The notes below the pieces were generated by a model, which was not told the origin of the DNA, made no database searches, and saw only the letters and a list, made by a program, of their open reading frames with translations. The position numbers and the translations under genes are program-made. From assembly GCA_964035545.1 (NCBI GenBank), contig OZ037766.1, positions 28,627,673 through 28,691,672 of the forward strand: a DNA stretch of 64,000 nt. The letters run 5' to 3'. This DNA is from Bugula neritina (lineage: Eukaryota > Animalia > Bryozoa). The first letter of the stretch is position 1. Each line of letters opens with the position of its first letter. Shown piece after piece: positions 11,901 through 47,600 of the stretch.

Positions 11901-14900
11901 TTTCGGTGCCTCTTTCTGTACAAATCTGCGTATCCATCACTTCCCCTACAGGCTTGCATCTTTATTCGTCTGTATTTCTTTTATTATATCTTTTCTTGAT
12001 TAATTTCCTTCTCTGTACATCCATATGCTTGGACTATCAGACGAGTGAAGTTTGTATACGTGTATCCATGGTAACTATTTCGCTCTGTATAACAGGAAGT
12101 AGTGCGACAGCTGACAGAAGCAAAAGAGAGAGAAATGAGACAGCTGCAGGCGGGCCACGATGAAGAGTTGGAGAAGATGAAAGAGAGGCTCACCACAGAG
12201 CACCATCAGTACATTGATAGTCTGAGAAATGAGCATTGCACTCAAATAGATACTCTGAATGTAAGCTTATAAACAGTTGCTTTAACTTGCCTGATGCGTC
12301 TCTCCGATGCGTTTACTGCCAGTAAAAGTTGTAGACATTGTTTAAATATTTGCAGTAAACAGTGGTCTCAAACGATTGAAAAACATGTTTGAGTTGGATT
12401 TTGAGTTAAAAAGTTGTTTTTATTGTTTTTCTAAGAGTTTTTTCATACTCTGTCGCAATAGAGTGTTTGGTACATTTTACCAGTTGATGAGAAATGGTCA
12501 ATTTTGTTTTGTCACACTTGTACTTCGCTTTATAGTATAATTGTATTATATGTACTGTGGTGTAGAAAGAAGTGAAAAGACTTGCGGCGGAGTGTGACAG
12601 CTGGCAAGTGAAATTTTATGAAGCCACTGAGGCTCTGCATCGAGATATGGACCACAGGCTGCAAGTAAGTGCCGTTTTCACGGGTTATCAATTGAGTTAG
12701 CACCTCTGGCCACTGTAGTATGGTTATACTTTTTGGTTTAATTATGGAAGGCCAGGAGAAGGTGGTGAGAGCACCTGCTAGCCTCCTGTCATATGACAAG
12801 AGCACCTGCTAGCCTCCTGTCATATGGTGTCAACTGAATATATAAGTGGCAGTAACCTTCCCGCTCTCTAAAGCCTCTAAAGCTACTAGAATTAGGTTTA
12901 TATTAAACAGAGAATTTCGTTTAAAGTATTTATAGAATGTCTGCTGTTTGGTAACTTAATGGTAGGGTAACTGTTGCCAGGTGGCGCTGCAGCCCTACAA
13001 AAACCTTCCGATGGAGATAGAGAGTCTGAAGGCAGTCATAGAACTCAAGTCTCATGAAAATAAAGAGTTACGAATAGAGAATAATCACCATAAACAGAAG
13101 GTTAGCCAATGCCATTAGTTACCTGTTGTTTGCGTATCCATAGTAACATGGCTAGCGGCATCATGTTCAGATTGCCTGTCACTTTTATGCAAGGTTCACA
13201 GCATTTAATGTTACGGGTTTTTACATTTAGGAGTTGTTTTACTTTCAGGTGGAGAAAATTCCCGACTTAGAAAAGCAGTTGTATGATACTAAACAGAAGT
13301 TGGAGAATTTACAGGCTCTGCTGGACATCGTGTCAGCTAAGGTAAGTTGAGAAGGTTCTGCCAAGAAGTACATTACAGCAGCAGCATTTTGAGCTAACTT
13401 ACATTCGTGTCATATTCGAGGGTGCCGTAAATAAGTGTTCCTCTTTTATTGGTTAGTGTAACTATTTATAGCCTATCGAAAGAAAAGATTTCAACTAGAG
13501 AAAATTTGTATTTTAGCTACTAAATATATTGAAGGTGTGACAACTTCTAACATACTGAGTAAAACTCTGAAGTTTTTAGTGTCAGTGAAAAGATAACTCC
13601 ATAACTCTTGAGTTCTCTGAAGTTTTCTATAGTGAGATTACAATCTCTCTGCCATGTTATTATCACTACTCTCAGCTAGACCGTAAAGTTGTAGCCTAAA
13701 AAGGTGACTGTATCAACCTAATTTTCAGGAGAAGGAAACGGCTGAGAAATATCACAAGGTGACTCGTCAAGCTGTGCAGGAGAAGAAAGAAAATCACAGG
13801 CTAAGCCTAAATATGGAGGCTTTGGCACTTAAGTTGGAGGAAGTTGAGTTTTCTCAAAGCGTTCACAACGACACGCTCAACGGCTGGTAGGTCAACTTGT
13901 GACTCACACCAAGGTGACCTGACAATACCGGACTGAGGTCAATTTATTTAGAGGCCTGCTGTACAGTTATAACTTTCAAATATATGCAGTGAATGCTTCC
14001 ATTCTTAGGGGTTGTATTTTAGTTGAGTGAAGCTATTTCAGTGGCAAAGTTCTTAAAACTTGATCATACACTACATTCCCATGCTCTGCATTATTCGAAT
14101 GGATTTTTCATTCAATGCAAGGGACAGCATCAATCTAATGAAGCAACAGCCATAGGTTAGCGCAGCTACAAATCCATCAGTACGAGCATCCCATACGAAT
14201 CCATTTAAGGGTCTCTTAAATGCCTTGGTTGATTTGATAAAGTTAATTTTATATAGCAATAATTTTATGTAATATAATTATAGTAGTTATCCATCGAAGC
14301 AAAGAGTTAATAGAATATAATCACACTGTGATGAGTCGCCATCAGCTACTGTTCAGAGAAACAAGCTGACTGTCATTGCTGACTCTTTGTTGGTGTTTCA
14401 GTGATCTGGACTTGTCTACAGTTTCTCTGCCGGCCTACAGTGTCAATAGTCCCGACGCGTCTCCTAGTCAGTTTACAAGGTCATTTTCAAGGTCATCTGG
14501 TAAAAGGCGAAGTAAACGTGGCAGCTCTAGTAGTAATAACTCTACCTGTGAAATACCTGAAGTGAGTTTTCTCCTCTTTCTCATCACTTTTATGTACATT
14601 ATTTCTTTCAGATGTCTTTTATTTCTGCTAAGTTGGAGCCTGAAGAGAAGTAAAGTTTCAGTCAAAGTTACCTGTCAAAGCTATTAGTAAACTAAGCAAG
14701 TTTTTATATAGTTCTAAATAGGATGCCTTTTGGTTTAATTTGGTTTGTTTTTGGGGTAATGATTTACTATATAAAATAATGTTGACTAGGGGGGACTTGC
14801 CTGAGTCTAACTTGATATTTCTGCAGATTTCCTTCTAGTTTTCAAAGTTCAAAAATAAATAAAATAAGAATTACTACATTAGTTCTACATAATATAAACA

Positions 14901-16397
14901 TTCTATGCTTTTACACTGTTGTTTTGTATGTTTTATGATGTTAAACTAATTAGTTTGACTATTTTTAGTAATACAAGTTAAACCTGAAGTGTAGTGTTCT
15001 AGTTCATTTAGTTATAGATTTTATTGTGCTGTCAAGAGTGCATTGGGATTCCCGATGTATTGGGATTCCCAGCGTGAAGGGATTTCCCAACGCACAGGGG
15101 ATCCCTGATGCACGGGAATCCCGAAAGACCGTGCCTATTAGTTACTATGTGGTGTCCTCTTTATGACGGTGTAGGTCATGTGATTTATTCTAATCTTTCA
15201 TTTGTTTCACACTAATTTCAGTTCATGTGTTTTCTTACATAGCATGCTGCCTGCTAGTCTATATGGGTAAGTTTTGCTTCGGCACTCAACAACAACTGCT
15301 GCCTATTTGCTGACTTGCTAACCCTCACTCTGCTTCCACGTAACTAGTTTCACCTCCCCTAGAAATGCCCCTTTCATACATGGCCACGAGTTTTTGATGT
15401 TTTACACCCATGAAGTTCTTTATTTGAAATCGAAAATTCACTGATATTTCTGACTGACTTTTAAAAAAGTTTTTGTTGCACTTAAAAATACTTCAATATA
15501 ATTTATTAATAAAATATTACCCTAAGCTGTAGTTGTGGTGTAAAGCATGGTCAGTTTTGGAAAGGTGCTAAGTCCTAACTAAAACCTTATCAGTATAGTT
15601 GAGTAGAGTATTGATGTGGGTAATGATCTTTTGAAGTATAATATTTGAGTTGTCTTCTCTTTTTAAGCAGCTACAAAACGCTTTAATAATTAGTGAGGTG
15701 GCTGTGGAAACTATTTACCTGACACTGGGGTGCCAGCCTACATGGAAAGTTTTTGAAGTTATACTTGCTTTTAAAAAATTAGACATGAATTAAATGCTTT
15801 TTAAATATATCAAATCAAAATTATAGTATCATTTTTATTTTCCTAGGGATGCTAAATCTATTATAAATATGTTATTCCTTATTCAACATGATTTCAAAAC
15901 TAATGCAGGCTGGATTACACATTTAATAATATATACTCACTACTATATAATATATATTCACTGCTGTATGGTATATTCCTACTACTATATAGCATATACT
16001 CACCAATATATAGCATATACTCACTAATATATAGTAATATATTGCTTAGTCTACCGCACTGTTAACTGGCACATTCTTTTAGCCATTACTAGAGTTTGTA
16101 TGATGACTTTACATTCCATTCTGTACTGTTAGTGCCTTAGTTTTTTAATGCTGCCCAGTGTACATTACACTTGGCTAATTCACATATTGGTATACTATAG
16201 TTGCACCTGATGTCTGTATATTTTAGCGTGAGAGACAAATCTCACCTGCCAAGCACCTTGTTCTCAGGTCACCCAGCTCTAGTCCGAGTCCGACTTATTT
16301 AACTTCCCCAAGAAAACATCAAGTGTTTGGATTTATCTCCTCCAATCCCCGGGCTTCAACTCTACCAAAATCTTATCGATCTACTAGAAATCACTAA
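2992..16397 (+). CDS. MTUS1/MTUS2 (ATIP/TIP150)-like microtubule-associated coiled-coil protein, about 904 aa, spliced
   Basis: Phase-consistent GT-AG exons: 2992-3106, 3941-4021, 4709-5413, 5929-5954, 6083-6203, 6611-6637, 7517-7581, 7842-7917, 8630-8683, 10072-10239, 11180-11380, 11693-11802, 12096-12260, 12566-12664, 12981-13100, 13249-13341, 13729-13886, 14402-14561, 16227-16397 (TAA). A Ser/Pro/Lys-rich N-half is followed by coiled coil with MTUS/CCDC69-type motifs EIESLKAVIELKSHENKELR and EKKENHRLSLNMEALALKL. Family assignment is from recalled motifs; orthology to MTUS1 versus MTUS2 is unresolved. Confidence 0.8.
4709..5413 (+). CDS. Largest exon of the MTUS-like gene (Ser/Thr-rich, predicted disordered)
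   Basis: Acceptor ctttag|GC, donor ACAA|gtacgt, 705 nt, open frame. It contains ORF-track entry 4834..5421. Confidence 0.85.
7427..7516 (+). repeat. About 17-bp tandem repeat (tatttcacatttt.tcc) running into a splice acceptor
   Basis: About 5 degenerate copies; the last ends tatttcatgcag immediately before exon 7517. Confidence 0.8.
8106..8370. repeat. 17-bp minisatellite (aggggtgtaatatctac)n
   Basis: About 15 near-identical tandem copies in an intron. Confidence 0.95.
10385..10735. repeat. AT-rich 5-mer-based repeat with a 75-bp higher-order unit
   Basis: ttttatcacac recurs at 10486, 10561 and 10636 (period 75) on a tatac/tatat background. Confidence 0.85.
11440..11692. repeat. 30-bp minisatellite (tatatagtagaatgtataactcagtgtata-type) ending at a splice acceptor
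   Basis: About 8 copies; the final copy supplies ataactcag|GTAAA of exon 11693. Confidence 0.9.
15258..15266 (+). CDS. Candidate 9-nt micro-exon (Ser-Ile-Trp) of the MTUS-like gene
   Basis: ctgctag|TCTATATGG|gtaagt. Phase 0/0 fits the flanking exons. An upstream ACTAAT, a pyrimidine tract and TGC motifs are present. Confidence 0.45.
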
Positions 16398-17870
16398 GTT
16401 AATGTCAAACGTTTTTTAACTCTTATTTTATTTTTTAATGTTTTATTTATTAACTAGCAAATTCTTGTTGTTTTCCCAAATGTTGAATAATTTATCCTGT
16501 ATTTGGAATATTTTTGTATTGTTTTTCGATGGGATAAATTGTGAGTTCTAGATTTTATTCAGCCAACTGTGTTAATAGAGCTTATTTTATTTTGTACACT
16601 AGTATATATTATTATATTTTCTCCACTTTTAGTAAATAAATTCATTAGATTAGATGCCATTCATTCATTTGTCTTTCTCGTAAGACTACAATAACGGTGA
16701 TGAGAAAACGTTAGCTGGTTTTCAATGCATCAAATTCTGTGTCTCACAATGCTAACAGCTACTTGCCAGCAGTTGCAGTAGTAGTGACTTACAAATTAGA
16801 TTGTAATGCTACATTATTACATTATGCTATTGTTGACTGATGGAGTAAATTTCACTAATGGAGTAATGGAAGCTTACTTAGTTTCACAGTAATGACTGCA
16901 AATAAAATAGAAGATGCTTGTGATCTGCACTTTCAACTGTTTCTATAAGTCTAGACTTCAATGTATGGAAAACTGTCAAATGCAAAGTCAATTTATTTTC
17001 TAATATTTTATTTTCTACACATTTACTCAAATTGAGGACATCAAAAGAAACTATTTACAAAATACAGGAGTGCAATCAGCAAAAACGTAAAATGAAAAGA
17101 ATTTATATAAACTTCTACACTTTGAAAAATAAATTTAAATAAACATATTATAGTAAGAAAATGATTAGATTTGAAAATAAGCTTTAATTTTTTTGCATTA
17201 GTAGCAAAATTTGAAAAGTTAATATTATAGAAGGAATGAATTAGAATTTATTAACAAAAAACAGTAGCTTCGCAGCAATCAAGAGAAAGCAACTACTAGG
17301 AAAATATAAAACATACTATAGATATGATATAATTTGAGTGACTATCAAGCATGTAGGTAAAGCACATAGAGAAAAATAAGCTATAAAGGCAGCAACTTGC
17401 TACTTAGGACTCGCTATTTCTACCAGAATTATACCTGGCATTGTAGGAAAATGGTAATGGTATTATTTAACTTCCCAGAATGCATCAGTGAGCACTTTTG
17501 GTAGGCAAAGGTGCTCACCGATGTCTTGATTTGAAATACATTCAGTTGGCTTTCATTGGCATAAAAACTGATAGCAGAATATTAACAATAAATCATAAAC
17601 ACCTTTTTTAAATTACTAATGATTGAGCATTTATCCACTTTCTATGTGTATAAACTTTAATATAAACTGATTATAAAGTGTTTGTTGTGAAGATCGTCAT
17701 GGTAACATGGTTACATACATTCAAGTGTTGGTAAGTAAATTCATTTTCTCATTGTTAAAAATTCGAGATGCGAAGGCAAAATTATATCTACTATAATAAG
17801 CTTGAAACAATGAATGATCAGCTGTTTGAATAGAAAATCTTTTGATCCATTTTTTTTAATAAAAATTATA

Positions 17871-41047
<23,177 letters not shown>

Positions 41048-41379
41048 TGTGAGTAGTAATTGTAGGTTATGGAAATGTGTTGGTGATTAGAATTTAGTTT
41101 CCTTGTAGACTGTGAAATAGTTTACCCTGTTCCCAGGGACATCTGCTCAGGCAGCCCTACTCTGTCGGCTGCTATAAGAATTACAGTCAGGCAACAGCAA
41201 CGAAATCCTTGATAAACGCCACTTTTAGATTTTTAGGTAGTCGAAACTCTCCAGATGATGTTCCTTTGTCCAAATAGTGCTCAAGTGGTCTGTGTAGTTA
41301 GAATATTGTATTCAAACCTTTTATCTGTTCAACTAGTTACTGATAACATGCAGCTAAAACCCTAATCGGATATTCTAGT

Positions 41380-41600
41380 GTGCTCAGCCAATAGGTAAAC
41401 TGATTTGTCAATCGAATACAGACACACTGAGCTGCGAAATACAAGCTTTACCACTTTTGAGATGCTTTTTGCAAAATACTAGCCTTTACTTGATTTATCA
41501 CCAATTCAAATTAGTGAGCACGTGTTTCCCCTCTACGTATATAATAACATAGCCTATCGCATAACTCTAGTGAGCTACAAACTAACCAATCACAGAAAGC
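41380..41600 (-). promoter_or_regulatory. Putative glypican promoter and non-coding first exon region
   Basis: CCAAT boxes near 41388 and 41587, CACGTG near 41520, a candidate donor AGTG|GTAAAG near 41451 and an acceptor atttcacag near 41110 upstream of the ATG. The TSS cannot be determined. Confidence 0.3.
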
Positions 41601-42335
41601 AAAAGAGATAATAACTCCTACAAATTCTACGAACAATGCGAAGTAATTTTGATCACTAACCTTCATTATTAATTTCTACTTTTAGTTATATGACAACTCC
41701 AAAAGATTTTGTGAATAAGTTCAACAAATCAATATTGAGTCTAAAATGACTTTTATGGCACAAATTCACCATCTAATAATAAATTATTCATCAGACAATA
41801 ATTTGTGCTAACAAAAGACATTGTTTTTAATTCAAATTACTCATTGAAAGTAGTCACATCTTGCAATGTGATTTTTTCAGGTTCATTTTTGTTAAACAAT
41901 TTCTATGACCTCAAAATCCCATCTCTGAGCCAAGACTTATAAATGCAAAACTAGAAGCTATATCAAAATATACAACTTGCTGATGCAATCCAACAAATAA
42001 TAGCTTTAAGAAAATTACAAGAAATCAGGTAAGGCAATAACATATTATATTATATTGCGTAGATACAGTAACATATTTCCAGACCCGTTCATCTATTGCA
42101 AAATAGATTGGGTAGCATACAAGTTTATAAATATGGCACACAACTATATAGACAACACGCAAAACATAAATTACATAAAGGCGGATAGTTATTAAATTTT
42201 GAAATCGCAAAAAGAAACTTTGAATGTATCAAGTTAAAAAGCTGCCCACATAATTATTATAGAAGGCATGGCAATGAGCCAAGACCAAGTGTAAATCAAG
42301 ACTGGAGTGATGTTTGAGCAAGAATACGGAGTCCA

Positions 42336-44619
42336 CTATTCCAGTTTACTGACTTCTTCAAAATAAGCGGCAGCCACTTTCATCTAAAAGTATAAACAGT
42401 CAATGAGCAGGCAATTGGTAATCAGAATGGCAAAAAACTGAGTATAACAATTTATAGCATCCGTACTTGGTGCATTTTTGCAAAAATTTACAGCATGGGG
42501 ACAAAAGTGTAGACAACTCTTAATAATGCTAAGAATTGTGAGTCCATAAGAAGGCAACTCCAACACAAATTTAACTGTAAGTTGAAGTTTCAGAAAGAAT
42601 GAAATAAGCTTTTTTCAATGATTTTGTTCAGTTATTGGTTTATTTTGGCATATGATGTCATTACCACAGAAAAGACAACTACCAACTTCAAAATTGCTCT
42701 ATTAAGTCAGGGACAATTAGGGATTAGAGAGCTACAATAAGCTGATTGGTCTCATGTTGTCACACATGAAGAGTTTCTTGCCCAATTTCTAACTTACTCA
42801 TAAAAGTGTTTTACACGTTATATAGTAACAGAAAACTTTCAGAGCTTTTAGGACTGCACAAGTTAAACTAATGAAAAGTAAAAGAAGCCAACAGTGCTGT
42901 GCGTTGAGAGAGAGTAACTCCCATTTCTATATTAAACTATTCTATAGGGGGAGAAGTAATCAACTCAATACCAAGAGCGGACAACTCACTCCATTCATGT
43001 AGTTGGCGATATCAAACTTCTCGTTCTGTGAATGTGCTCCGTCATCACACAGTCCAAATGGAAGTAGCAGGGTGTTCTTGCCTGTAGCCTCCTGCAGAGT
43101 GAGGGTGACTGGGATAGAGCCCCCTTCTCTGGTCATGTCGGGCTCAATACCATGGACTATACAAAATCAAGATTAGTAGAATGCAGGCAGCGGGTGAAAT
43201 GAGAGCATATAGACTTCGATATCAGACAAATCAAGAATGAATTGAAAGGAGCTGGCTAATGAGAAGAGTAAAGTCACAACACGCACACATCTGATTCATG
43301 GGTTATCAACAGAGTAGAAGGAATACAGAAACACAAATACCAGCAGAACAAGTAGCATTTCTAAGCTTTAGAAACATGTACAATTTCAAAGAACTGAATA
43401 TAAAAAAAACTTTGATTGTCATGCCACACTGATAGCGTTGAGATCCTGAGCTATAAATTTGAATGAATTTTGGATCTGCTTAAATATTCTTAGAACTTAC
43501 ATTCTACCTACCTACACGTACACCTACCTAAACTTACGTCTGTCTACACCTACATCTGTCTACTGTACATGTATACCTGTCTACACGTACATCTACTTAC
43601 ACATACATTTACCTACACATACATCTACTGTACACATACACCTAACTACACATACATCTGCCCCACACTAGCTCCATTCAATCACAACATGTCCCACTCA
43701 ACAACCTCAAACTGCCTCCAGCTAGTGACAGGATGGAAGACAAAGCTAAGAGAAGCAAAGGGCAGCGGTGAGGAGATTGCATTTACCTGTGACGACAGCG
43801 CGTTTAGCCGCCTCGTAATGAGGGTGATCAAATGCGCTAAGCCAGTGATTGCCGGCACCACCAGAGTAAAGACCACAACTAAAACAGAGAGAGAAGTTGC
43901 TGTATTCACTCACCGGTCTGCGTGGCTCGGCTCGCTGCCATGTAGTGTGGCGAATCAAACGGGCTGACCCAGTGACGCCCGCCGTGATGCATGAAACACC
44001 TAAACAGTAACAGAATCACTCAACTTGATTTAAATCTTCTAAATTGAGAATTGAAACAGAAAAACATTCAATTTGTACCAACTTATTGCCTAAATCACAT
44101 TTATGCATTTCAACAGAAATTATCTTCTAAAGAGAAAACAAATTAGAGCCGGCAAATCTCGCCAGAAGCAAACTCTATCACACATAAGTATCACACAAGT
44201 CAATTCATGGCAGTCACAACATTGAGAAGGTTACGAGAACCTATCAAAGGAAACTATAATCCAAGACTTTTCTTTCCTGTCTACTAACTCCGCCCACTTC
44301 CTGTGTGGACAGCAACACTCACTTCATGTCGTTAGGTGACCCCCTCACAGCCCACACGTTCTGCAAATGCTTCACCACCAGTTCTTCCACCTTCTCGGGG
44401 CTCATGTCCGGCACAATTCTGATGGAGAATTTACCGGAAACCTTGGCAGGAATCACAGTCTTGGCTCCGGGCTCGTAGAATGCCCCCTCAATGCCTACAA
44501 TATTGGATAATAAGACTACACACAAAAACACAACTTCTCTAATTACAAACAATAAATTAGCACAGTGCTTTGAGATCAGAATAAACTTTATATACTGAAA
44601 GGAACCACACTTCAGTATG

Positions 44620-44664
<45 letters not shown>

Positions 44665-47600
44665 CCAGTGCAATGCTCTTAGACTAATTTGGTAGTTTGG
44701 GGTTTGTTTAACCTGCTATTGGGTGTGTAGCCCATCAGCGCAGCAGTTGGATAGCCAGGTGGTGGGGTGCACTGTCTAAACTGATAAAACTTTCTCCTCC
44801 CAAGTACTAATATTATACAACAGAAATACAAGTTGTACAAGTGAATAAGTATATAGCTACGCCACCCAGGAGGCAAAAAGTGATTAAATTATAAATTACG
44901 TTTATGTCTTGTTGTTCTATTAAAAATTTTCATAGTTTCACAATTACTGTACAATTTATTGTTTTGTTTTATTTGGCTAGTTATACTACCAGAGGATGTC
45001 TTCTAGGGAACTACTACACGATTCAACTCTAACTCACATGCAGTATATAAACTAAAGTTGTCTTACCGTGCAGGGAAAGGCTGGGAAATCTCCACCTGTG
45101 TTGCAAGATCTTTTCTTTAGTCTGGTGCATCAGCTTGTTTGCTCCAATATCTTTCCGGAAGTCCTCAGGATCAAAGTCTACGTGCAGTAGAACACAATTC
45201 CTCAAACATATGGGAAACCAAAGGAGTTTATAGTTATAGCGAAAAACTAACAATCAAGGTAAGGGACTGCGGGAGGCAGGCCCCCCGCCCGCATCTTACC
45301 AATACTTTCATAGAGCTTAGCCTCAGAAGTGGTCAGCACAGCCACATCATCGTATATTCCAGGTATCTTGAGTTTGCCGTCTTTATCTACCAGCTGGTCC
45401 ATCATATGGACGAGATCCGACATTGCCTCGTGTCTACACAGAGAATTAAAGGGCTGCATACCGGTCTAGATATGAGATACATATATAAAATACTATGAAT
45501 TAAAGGGCTGCATACCGGTCTAGATATGAGATATACATACTTTATACTATGAGCTATAAGACTATGTTAAACACTCTAGTCACTTACACACTTCCACCAA
45601 ACAGCCCTGAATGAAGATCTTTCTTGGCACAAGTTACATCCAGTTGAAAGTAGCAGACGCCCCTGAAATAGTCATATAGCATGGCTACAGAATATACAGT
45701 ACACTGTACAGAGTGGAATAGGGGCGAATATAGTATCTTGCAACTAGAAGATGGGGTTCCGCTAATAAACAGAACTTCGCTAAAGAAACGATGCCACAAT
45801 TCACAAACAATTACTTGAGAGTTTTTAAATATAAAAAAAACTCAAACAATGATTATTGCGGTATTGCATATGAAGATTATAACTGTGTTAGCTACAATAA
45901 TTCTACGTTTGCTCAAAGTTGAAGATATTGTCAAATCAGTGAGATGAGAATCTCACACGTTTGGAGGATTCTAGAGAAAGAGCAGAGCACATGATGAGAA
46001 ACACAACACGATGAGTGAAGTGTCTTAGATCCATACCTGAGTCCATAAGTCAAGCAGGGCTTATTCTTACCCAGCCAGTAATTGTCAGATATGCACACAA
46101 AATCCACATTCTACAAGCATATATATTACTAATATACAAGCATATATAATACTAATATATAAGCATATATAATACTGATATATAAGCATATATAATACTG
46201 ATATACAAGCATATATAATACTAATATATAAGCATATATAATACTAATATATAAACATATATAATACTAATTTAAAAGCATATATAAAATACAACTAGTA
46301 ATATAGAAAGTGGAGTACTATTATAGCAAGTAGTGACTTACACACTCCACCCCCCCTCTCACACCCCTTCATACACACTACACACCCTCTTACACACTAG
46401 ACCCCCTCTTACATCCCCTAATATACACTACACCCCTCTCACACCCTCTCATACACACCCCCTACTACACTCCTACGTATTACAGAGCCGACCTGCATAA
46501 AGGGTTTGTCCTTCCAGGCAAACACCGTCTCATCCAGACCCTCCGAGCCAGACTCCTCCATCCCTTCGAATATGAACTTCAGATTGACTGGCAGGTCAAG
46601 ACCCAACTTCTGGTGAGCCTCTACACAGTTTAGCCAAGCAAGGCATGGGCCCTACAATACACGGCCCGCATATTAGACAGTATACAGTGCGTGGTACACA
46701 GTCTACAGGACTAATGCATTCCACTCTTTCTTCACTAGAATCTACAGCAACATAACCTTGCCACTTGTGTATCATTGTTCAGTGAAATACTATAATTGTG
46801 TTACACTGGTTTATACAACAATGCAATATTAACTACGGGAGTTGTTCACTCCCTTACAGCCAACTACATTATATATTATTGAGATGCATATTCTGTATAC
46901 ATGCAGTCTCAGTGCTTGCTAAACAGATAGATGAAGGATTCTGGGAAAAAGTGATATGAAGTTGATTGTATGACTGAACTTTGAAGACAGAGTATTATTG
47001 TATTATCTGTATAACATCACATGACTGAACTTTGACCTTATAACAAAACCTAGAAAGATAGTGTTGTCTTGTTGATGGATAATATACAGCTCTGTGATAT
47101 ACTATCTTATCTCACATTTTTATCTGAAGCAAGGTCAAAGGTTACAGACAAACAACATGTCAACTTGAAGATGTGAAGTTTAACCATTCAGCACTGTTTG
47201 TCACAGTTACAAGGAAAGCATTTGCATGAGATGTCACTTCCTGGTACCAGCAACGACTATAGAATTGACCAATGGACCTGTTGTGCACATGTCAACTGCT
47301 CTTTATTGCGCCACAGCTGGTGCAAAACCTCATATATTTTATGGCTTTGGTTAAAAATTAAACTAAACATACCTTTTGAAAGCCGGTGAACTCCAACATT
47401 GTTTAAAGTCTAAACAGTTATGAAATTTGATAGAATTTCTACGAATAACAATAAACACTATATTCCCAAATACAATAATCTAGACAGAGTTATAATTTAG
47501 GAGTTCTGTATCAAAAAGCTCCCACCCACCCAACCACCCCTCTACCCTATCCCCCCCTCTACCCTACCCCCCTCTACCCTACACCCCCCAAACCCCAAGC

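Noticed and set aside
15045-15122. CRISPR-like repeat/spacer layout
   Set aside because: Cores are 9-10 bp and spacers about 8 bp and related to each other; eukaryotic intron, no cas genes. The longer arrays in the window are plain tandem repeats without unique spacers.
45991-46040. C/D box snoRNA-like ATGATGA...CTGA
   Set aside because: Antisense to the host gene, too short, overlaps an exon end and has no terminal stem.
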